The position numbers and the translations under genes are program-made. Under the pieces are notes generated by a model. That model saw nothing but the letters and a program-made list of their open reading frames with translations. It was not told the origin of the DNA and did no database searches. DNA of 64,000 nt from Alphaproteobacteria bacterium (GTDB taxonomy: Bacteria > Pseudomonadota > Alphaproteobacteria > UBA11136): contig JADHSZ010000006.1 in NCBI GenBank assembly GCA_016776635.1, forward strand, positions 10,629 through 74,628. The letters are read 5' to 3'. Shown here piece after piece: positions 57,487-64,000 of the stretch (positions within the stretch are counted from its first letter, which is position 1; every line of letters begins with the position of its first letter).

Positions 57487-58623
57487 CTAGGCTGTCTTTA
57501 CCAGCTCTTTCTCCTCTTCGGTCTGCGTCGAAGAGAAGATTTCCCTGAACATGGAAAGCATATTCTGATCGATGGCGGCGTCCATGCTCTCGAGGATGGC
57601 GAAGGCCTTTTCGGCGGGAAAGGCCGGTTTATAGGAACGGGCGTCGGTCAAGGCGCCGAAGATATCAACGATGGCCGACATTCTCGCCAGATCGTTCAAC
57701 TGGCTGCCCTTTAACCCCCTGGGATAGCCTGAACCGTCTATTTTTTCGTGGTGCTGTTCGGCGATAATTATGGCGCCCTTGGTGATGTTGTCGATATCAC
57801 CCAACAGTTCCCCCGAGCGGGTCACATGATTCTTCATGATGGGCCATTCGTCGTCGTCGAGCTTGCCCGGCTTGTCGAGAATTTTTAAGGGCGTGACCAG
57901 CTTGCCGGTGTCATGCAAGAGGCCGCCGGTGGAAAGGATTTTAAGATCATCCCCCTTGATGCCGATGCCATAGCCGAACAGCGTCAACAGGGTGGCCACC
58001 CGCATGGAATGGACATAGGTGTAGTTGTGATGGGCCTGCACGGTCTTGAGAATATCGTGGTGAGTTCCTCCACGAACCGCTTCGATCAGAGGCGCACAGC
58101 TTTTATCCGCCGACTTGTAATCGATGGGTTCGCCGTTCTCGATCGCCGTGGCGATACTTTGATATTCCTCCACGGTCATCTTCAACGGCCTGCTCAGGCT
58201 TTGCGGCAGTTCCTCCCAAGATGCCTCGACGGCCTCGTTGATGAGGGTGGAGACGATTTCTCTCAGCGGCTCTGCCTCAAGCGGCCATGTGATGTAGTGG
58301 CTCGAGTCGCCGAACAGAGCCTTCATATCCTCGAATTCTTCTCCCCTGGCGCCGACCAGGATCAACGGCAGGGATTTGAAGTTTATCCCCGACGGGTTCA
58401 TGCTTAACCAGTTGATTTCGTTCTGCCACACCCTCTCGATATCGACGATGGTGACATCGGGGGGGTTCTTCAGTATGGCCTCTCCGGCGATGTGCGTGTC
58501 CTCGAAAGTCTTGCTCTCGAAATGCCGCCCCAGGAGATTCTTCAGCTTCTTCCTGTGCGCGGTTTCCCGGGAAATAATAAAGACCCGTGGCAACGTCAGT
58601 TTTTCTCGAGACTCCGTCCCCAT
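57487..58623 (-). CDS. HD-GYP cyclic-di-GMP phosphodiesterase with degenerate N-terminal REC domain
   Basis: HSMRV, LLHDTGK, QHHEKIDGSGYPRGL, DIFGALT..RSYK; start uncertain. Confidence 0.85.
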   Translation of the reverse strand: MGTESREKLTLPRVFIISRETAHRKKLKNLLGRHFESKTFEDTHIAGEAILKNPPDVTIVDIERVWQNEINWLSMNPSGINFKSLPLILVGARGEEFEDMKALFGDSSHYITWPLEAEPLREIVSTLINEAVEASWEELPQSLSRPLKMTVEEYQSIATAIENGEPIDYKSADKSCAPLIEAVRGGTHHDILKTVQAHHNYTYVHSMRVATLLTLFGYGIGIKGDDLKILSTGGLLHDTGKLVTPLKILDKPGKLDDDEWPIMKNHVTRSGELLGDIDNITKGAIIIAEQHHEKIDGSGYPRGLKGSQLNDLARMSAIVDIFGALTDARSYKPAFPAEKAFAILESMDAAIDQNMLSMFREIFSSTQTEEEKELVKTA

Positions 58624-58820
58624 CAAGGGTTCCATCAAAACCGCCCCCAAAACCGCCCTCAAAATCAATGCATCCCGTCAGGCACGCCTGACGGTGAATC
58701 ACATCCATCCCACTTTAACGTCTCACCAGCCGGAAATCATACCCCGTATGAATATACTTAGGGTTTCCGATGGCGGTTGCGCGAAGTTTTTGTGATTCTG
58801 GCGCCGTTCCGCGCCTTTCC

Positions 58821-60035
58821 TTAGCCCATTTCCCGCTTCAAGCCTTGATCCAGCTTGTCGAGGAACTCCTCGGTGGTCAGCCACGACTGTTCGGGGCCGA
58901 TCAACAGCGCCAGATCCTTGGTCATGAAGCCCGCCTCCACCGTGTCCACGCAGACCTTCTCCAGGGTCTTGGCGAAGTTCTGGACGTCGGGCGTGTCATC
59001 GAACTGGCCGCGGTAATAAAGCCCCTGGGTCCAGGCGAAGATGGAGGCGATGGGATTGGTGGAGGTGGCCTTGCCCTCCTGGTGCAGGCGGTAATGGCGG
59101 GTCACGGTGCCGTGGGCGGCCTCGGCCTCCACCGTCTTGCCGTCAGGCGTCATCAGCACCGAGGTCATCAGCCCCAGTGAGCCAAAGCCCTGGGCCACGG
59201 TGTCCGACTGTACGTCGCCGTCGTAATTCTTGCAGGCCCAGACAAAACCGCCGCTCCATTTCATGGCAGCCGCCACCATGTCGTCGATAAGACGGTGTTC
59301 GTAGGTGATGCCCTTGGCCGCGAACTTGTCCTTGAATTCGGCTTCGAAGACCTCGGCGAAGAGGTCCTTGAAGCGCCCGTCATAGGCCTTGAGGATGGTG
59401 TTCTTGGTGGAGAGATAGACCGGCCACCCCAGATTGAGGCCATAATTCATACAGGCGCGGGCGAAGCCGCGGATGGACTCGTCGAGATTGTACATGGCCA
59501 TGGCGACGCCGCCACCGGGGAAATCGAAAATCTCGCGCTCGATAGTCTCGCCGCCGTCTTCAGGCACGAAGCTGATGCTCAGCTTGCCCTTGCCCGGCAC
59601 CACGAAATCAGTGGCCCGGTACTGGTCGCCGAAGGCATGACGGCCGATCACTATGGGCTGGGTCCAGCCCGGAACCAGGCGCGGCACGTTGGCGCAAATG
59701 ATGGGCTCGCGGAAGACGGTGCCGCCCAGGATGTTGCGGATGGTGCCGTTGGGGGAGCGCCACATTTTTTTCAGGCCGAATTCCTCCACCCGCGCCTCGT
59801 CGGGGGTGATGGTGGCGCATTTGACGCCCACGCCCAGCTCCTTGATGGCGTTGGCCGCGTCCACGGTGATCTGGTCGTCGCTGGCGTCGCGGCTCTCGAT
59901 GCCGAGATCGAAATATTTCAGCTCCAGGTCGAGATAAGGAAGAATCAGCTTATCCTTGATGAACTTCCAGATGATCCGGGTCATCTCGTCGCCGTCGATT
60001 TCAACGACGGGGGTGACTACCTTGATTTTCGCCAT
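58821..60035 (-). CDS. icd: NADP-dependent isocitrate dehydrogenase
   Basis: [50 protein letters not shown]. Confidence 0.98.
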   Translation of the reverse strand: MAKIKVVTPVVEIDGDEMTRIIWKFIKDKLILPYLDLELKYFDLGIESRDASDDQITVDAANAIKELGVGVKCATITPDEARVEEFGLKKMWRSPNGTIRNILGGTVFREPIICANVPRLVPGWTQPIVIGRHAFGDQYRATDFVVPGKGKLSISFVPEDGGETIEREIFDFPGGGVAMAMYNLDESIRGFARACMNYGLNLGWPVYLSTKNTILKAYDGRFKDLFAEVFEAEFKDKFAAKGITYEHRLIDDMVAAAMKWSGGFVWACKNYDGDVQSDTVAQGFGSLGLMTSVLMTPDGKTVEAEAAHGTVTRHYRLHQEGKATSTNPIASIFAWTQGLYYRGQFDDTPDVQNFAKTLEKVCVDTVEAGFMTKDLALLIGPEQSWLTTEEFLDKLDQGLKREMG

Positions 60036-60114
60036 GGGGGTTCCCTTCCGTATCCTGATTGCTTCAACCTATCATTCCCGCCGGAGGACACAACAATCCG
60101 CCCAATGATTCCGA

Positions 60115-60696
60115 TCATATGCGGCTGCTGTTTTCACCCCCATGGGCCGGGGGCAGGGTTTCCAGGGCGGCTATCATCCCATCGGCCCCTTCCACCACCG
60201 TGTACAGGTCTCTGGACTTTTCGCTGGCATAACCGGTGGCGATCATATGCTCGAAAAGGTTATGAAACGGTTTCCAATAACCGCCGGGTTCGATCAGAAA
60301 TACGGGCCTGTCATGGAGTCCCAGATGCTTCCAGGTGATGATTTCCAGGGTTTCGTCCAGGGTGCCGAGCCCGCCGGGAAGGGCGGCGAAGGCGTCCGAC
60401 ATGTCAAACATCTTCTGTTTGCGCTCGTGCATGCTTTCCACCTCGATCAATTGGGTCAGTCCGCGATGGTCCACCTCCCACTGCTTGATGAAGCGGGGGA
60501 TAATTCCCGTCACCTTGCCACCCGCGGCCAGCGCGGCGTCGGCGGTTTCCCCCATAAGCCCCACATGGCCGCCGCCGGTGATCAGATGAATGCCGTTCTC
60601 GGCCAAAAGCCGCCCCAGCTCCCGGGCGCATTGCCGATGTTGCTCGGGAATGGTTTGCGACGAGGCGCAATAAACGCAAAGGGAACGGACGGTCAT
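60115..60696 (-). CDS. LOG family (TIGR00730-like) protein
   Basis: GGGHVGLMG, MHERKQKM, ALPGGLGTLDE. Confidence 0.92.
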   Translation of the reverse strand: MTVRSLCVYCASSQTIPEQHRQCARELGRLLAENGIHLITGGGHVGLMGETADAALAAGGKVTGIIPRFIKQWEVDHRGLTQLIEVESMHERKQKMFDMSDAFAALPGGLGTLDETLEIITWKHLGLHDRPVFLIEPGGYWKPFHNLFEHMIATGYASEKSRDLYTVVEGADGMIAALETLPPAHGGENSSRI

Positions 60697-60831
60697 GGAA
60701 TCTCAGGCCTCGCGTGAGGGGAATGGCTTTCCTTCTAAGGGAGCCGGAAGCCACGCGCAAGGTGTCGTTGCAACGGGCGGGAGGTCGTATTACCTTGGGC
60801 TCACTTTCATGAAAAAGCGTTGCGAGGGGCC

Positions 60832-61887
60832 GTGAATAAATCCGTCGTCATGATCTTGGCGGGCCTGGCGGTTATTTCCGCCGGTCTCCTGTACATCTCC
60901 CGCTCCGGGGAAACGCCTCCGGAAGCCATGTCCGAACCCCCTGTTGCCGCCGATCCCGCGCCGGCCATGCCGGAAGTTGCGAAACAGGCCGAGCCCGACT
61001 CCGTGGCGGCGCCGGATGAAACCGTGGCGTCGGCGGTTAACGTGCCGCCCACCTTCGACGTGGTGCGGGTCAACCGCAAGGGCGAGGCGGTGCTGGCGGG
61101 GCGGGCAACCCCCAACGCCGAGGTCATCATCTCCAACCGTGGCCAGGAAATTGGCAAGGTCACGGCGGATCATCGCGGTGAATGGGTCTGGGTATCCGAA
61201 ACGCCGTTCCCGCCGGGCGATCTTGAACTGAGCCTCAGTTCCCGGCTCGGCGACGGCGAGGCGGTGCTCTCCGAAGAGGTGGTGGTCATGATCCTGCCCC
61301 AGTCCGACCGTGATATCGCGGGCCGCGCTGCTGAGGAACCGGGCAACGCGCTGATCTTGAAAACCCGGCGTGACGGAACCGGCGCCAGTCAGCTGTTGCA
61401 GTCGCCTTCGGGCGAGACCGGTGATATTGCCCTGTCCCTGGATGTGGTGGATTACGATTCCTCGGGCCGGATCCAGCTTGGCGGGCGGGCGGTCCCCAGG
61501 GTGTCGCTGCGTGTCTATCTCGATAATGCTTTGCTTGGCGAGACCGTAGCCGGGGATGACGGGCACTGGTCCCTGACTCCCGACCATGACGTGGCCCCCG
61601 GTGTCTACAGCCTGCGCCTCGATCAGATTTCCTCCGAGGGCCGGGTGGTGGCCCGGGTGGAACTTCCCTTCTCGCGCGCCGAGACTCCGCCGCTGATGGA
61701 AGATGACAGCACGGTGGTGGTACAGCCGGGCAACAGCCTGTGGCGGCTGGCGCGCCGGGCCTATGGACAGGGAATTGAATACCACGTGATCTACGAGGCC
61801 AACCGCTCGCAGATTGGCGATCCCGATCTCATCTATCCCGGACAGGTGTTTACCCTGCCACGCGGAATGGAAGGGGCCGGCGGCTAG
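60832..61887 (+). CDS. Membrane-anchored Ig-like/LysM peptidoglycan-binding protein
   Basis: N-terminal TM, PTFDVVRV...VLAGRA, C-terminal LysM VVQPGNSLWRLARR.YG.G..Y.VIYEAN..QI.DPDLIYPGQV. Confidence 0.88.
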   Translation: MNKSVVMILAGLAVISAGLLYISRSGETPPEAMSEPPVAADPAPAMPEVAKQAEPDSVAAPDETVASAVNVPPTFDVVRVNRKGEAVLAGRATPNAEVIISNRGQEIGKVTADHRGEWVWVSETPFPPGDLELSLSSRLGDGEAVLSEEVVVMILPQSDRDIAGRAAEEPGNALILKTRRDGTGASQLLQSPSGETGDIALSLDVVDYDSSGRIQLGGRAVPRVSLRVYLDNALLGETVAGDDGHWSLTPDHDVAPGVYSLRLDQISSEGRVVARVELPFSRAETPPLMEDDSTVVVQPGNSLWRLARRAYGQGIEYHVIYEANRSQIGDPDLIYPGQVFTLPRGMEGAGG

Positions 61888-62831
61888 GAGTCTTTCTTGG
61901 GCTTGGGCTTTTTCGCTGCCTTGCTTTTCGGTTTCTTGGTGGCTTTCTTGGGCTTCGTTTTCTTGGCCGCCTTCTTGGCTGTTTTCTGGGCCGCGCCCGT
62001 CTTTTTGGCCTTGGCTTTGGCCTTGGTGGCGGGTTTCTTCCGTTTCTTCACCTGAAGACCCTTCTTGTCCTTGGCCTTGACCTTGGAGAGGACCTTTTTC
62101 ATGGTGGTTTTTTTCTCATCAGCCGGTTTCTCTTCTGAGATTGCAGCCGTCTTTTTTCCGGAATCCCCGCCAGAATCTTCGTCGCTGGATTCTTTGGACC
62201 GAGGCAGTTGGGGGGCAGGGCTCTGCCCACCCGATGCAATGGAAGAGGGAGGCTCTCCGGCGCCTTCAGACAGGGGCACGAAGGCAAGACATTCGGCCAT
62301 CAGGTCGAGATGTGGCTTGGTGTTGAAGAGAATCTGGCACAGCCCGGCAATCACCGCTTCATGACCCATATCCGGGGAAATACCGGTTTCGGCAAGGAAG
62401 ATGATTCGTTTGTTGGGCTGGACCAGGAACTGTCCCAGGGCGGGCCGGCGTTTTTCATCAGTGAGATAAAGCACGCAGCGGCGAACGAATGCGGATTGTA
62501 CGGAATAGGGGAGGAAGCCAATGCTGCCGCAAAGACTTAGCCGTGCCTCGCCGTTCTCCCCGCGCCGGGCCTTGGCGATAAAATAAAAACCGCGATGGGA
62601 AAAGCCAAAGCGCAGTTCCTGGGGTGTTTCTTCCCTGGAAACGGCATCCAGAGACCCCGACAGCCCTTCGATGAGATCATCCATATTCGGGGCCGGGGGG
62701 GTGTCGGTAGTGTCTCCAGCACTGGTGTCCATATTTCTGGTATCCACATTTCTGGCGTGCGCAGGGCCGGAGTCCATGCCGGAATCGCTCACCAAATACC
62801 TCTCGTCACGGGCCGCAGCGGGCTCTTTCAC
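61884..62831 (-). CDS. Hypothetical protein with Lys/Ala/Pro-rich (histone H1-like) C-terminal tail
   Basis: Globular middle (GSIGFLPYSVQS) then KKKPATKAKAKAKK...KKAAKKTKPKKATKKPKSKAAKKPKPKK. Confidence 0.7.
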   Translation of the reverse strand: MKEPAAARDERYLVSDSGMDSGPAHARNVDTRNMDTSAGDTTDTPPAPNMDDLIEGLSGSLDAVSREETPQELRFGFSHRGFYFIAKARRGENGEARLSLCGSIGFLPYSVQSAFVRRCVLYLTDEKRRPALGQFLVQPNKRIIFLAETGISPDMGHEAVIAGLCQILFNTKPHLDLMAECLAFVPLSEGAGEPPSSIASGGQSPAPQLPRSKESSDEDSGGDSGKKTAAISEEKPADEKKTTMKKVLSKVKAKDKKGLQVKKRKKPATKAKAKAKKTGAAQKTAKKAAKKTKPKKATKKPKSKAAKKPKPKKDS

Positions 62832-62997
62832 TATGTTGTCACGGTGTTGTCGGATTACGAGAATAGTTCCATGGCCGCCGGGAAAACACCATACCTTTCA
62901 GTGATGAAAACGGTGATCGGTGGCCATCGCCATGGGGCGTCGACTTTGCCGTGAAAATCCGCTAAATGACGGGTCGCTTCTGAAAGGTAGGTGTCCC

Positions 62998-63666
62998 TTG
63001 GATTCCGTCATCAAAAAGGCCGTGTGGGTTTCCATCAACCGCGCCGGCTGGCCGTTTGTCGCCCTCTTCGCCGCACTTTCCGCCGGTCTCTGGGTTCTGT
63101 ACCAGCCCCTGGGATGGGTCGGGGTGGTGCTGACCGCGTGGTGCGCCTATTTCTTCCGTGATCCCGAACGGGTGACGCCGCAGCAGCCGGGACTGGTCAT
63201 CAGCCCCGCGGACGGTATGGTGCTGCCGCTCGAAGAGGCGCCACCGCCGCCGGAACTGGGCATGGGAGAAGAGCCTCGTCCCCGCGTCAGCATTTTCATG
63301 AATGTGTTCAACGTGCATGTGAACCGCGTTCCCGCCCATGGCGTGATTGAAAAAATATCTTATCGGCCGGGGCGTTTTTTAAATGCCTCCCTGGACAAGG
63401 CCAGCGAGCATAACGAGCGCATGTCGGTGTCCATGAAAAGCGATGGCGGGGCGGAACTCGCCTTCGTCCAGATCGCCGGCCTTGTGGCCAGGCGGATCAA
63501 ATGTGATCTGGCCGAGGGACAACAGGTGCGTGCCGGAGAGCGTTTCGGGCTGATTCGTTTCGGCAGCCGGGTGGATGTCTACCTGCCCAAGGGCACTACA
63601 CCCAAGGTGCTTCCCGGCCAGATCGCCATTGCCGGAGAGACAGTGATAGCCGATCTTGGTAAATAG
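62998..63666 (+). CDS. psd: Phosphatidylserine decarboxylase proenzyme
   Basis: [32 protein letters not shown] cleavage motif; TTG start assumed. Confidence 0.93.
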   Translation: MDSVIKKAVWVSINRAGWPFVALFAALSAGLWVLYQPLGWVGVVLTAWCAYFFRDPERVTPQQPGLVISPADGMVLPLEEAPPPPELGMGEEPRPRVSIFMNVFNVHVNRVPAHGVIEKISYRPGRFLNASLDKASEHNERMSVSMKSDGGAELAFVQIAGLVARRIKCDLAEGQQVRAGERFGLIRFGSRVDVYLPKGTTPKVLPGQIAIAGETVIADLGK

Positions 63667-63744
63667 TTGGCATTCTTGATATAATCGCCGTCCCGCAAGG
63701 CCCCGCCATGCTTTGCCCATAAGACAGGAAGGAACCCCACCCCC

Positions 63745-64000
63745 ATGTTTCGGGCACGCCGGAAACGGTTCAAGGGACAATCCCTGAACGTAATGATTCC
63801 CACTTTGCTCACGCTCATGTCCTTATGCGCGGGGCTGTCGGCCATGCGTTTCGCCTTGATGGCCAAATGGGAATGGGCGGTGGCGGCGGTTATTCTGGCG
63901 GGATTTCTCGACAATATGGACGGCCGCATGGCGCGCCTTCTCGGCGGCGGGAGCAAATTCGGCACCGAGCTCGATTCCCTGTCCGATTTCGTCAGTTTCG
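63745..64000 (+). CDS. pssA: CDP-diacylglycerol--serine O-phosphatidyltransferase (truncated by window edge)
   Basis: IPTLLT...LDNMDGRMARLL...KFGTELDSLSDFVSF CDP-alcohol phosphotransferase motif; follows psd. Confidence 0.92.
   Translation, partial: MFRARRKRFKGQSLNVMIPTLLTLMSLCAGLSAMRFALMAKWEWAVAAVILAGFLDNMDGRMARLLGGGSKFGTELDSLSDFVSF

Noticed and set aside
1-64000. tRNA, rRNA, CRISPR arrays, prophage or IS elements
   Set aside because: No cloverleaf, rRNA signature, repeat-spacer array, integrase or transposase motifs recognised by eye

Overview
GC-rich alphaproteobacterial DNA, Rhodospirillales-like by gene content and order. About 1-53 kb is a flagellar, chemotaxis and cell-cycle supercluster: cheR', ctrA, fliIJ, fliS-fliD-flaG-fliC, fliW, flgLKNJI, fliX, dksA, flgHAGF, fliLM, motE, cheYZ, two motB-like genes, a giant TPR protein, fliPO, csrA, flgBC-fliE-fliQR-flhB and cckA. 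Housekeeping genes follow (recA, alaS, HD-GYP, icd, LOG, LysM, psd, pssA'). The standout is an ~11 kb ATGA-coupled array of five complete plus one partial TPR-glycosyltransferases (FlmG/FlbA-like) ending in a TPR-sulfotransferase that shares a near-identical TPR block with one of them. It converges on filament genes whose products carry large Ser/Thr-rich inserts, suggesting a flagellar glycosylation-plus-sulfation system (inference). Also notable: a FliW-CsrA pair inside a sigma54/FlbD/IHF/CtrA-type alpha hierarchy, with AGGU-loop hairpins in the flagellin leader; a QueF-fold protein lacking the catalytic Cys; an Asp-less MotB paralog; and two chimeric junctions at ~5.0 and ~5.9 kb that may be assembly or amplification artefacts. 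All family calls come from motif recognition by eye; no database searches were run.
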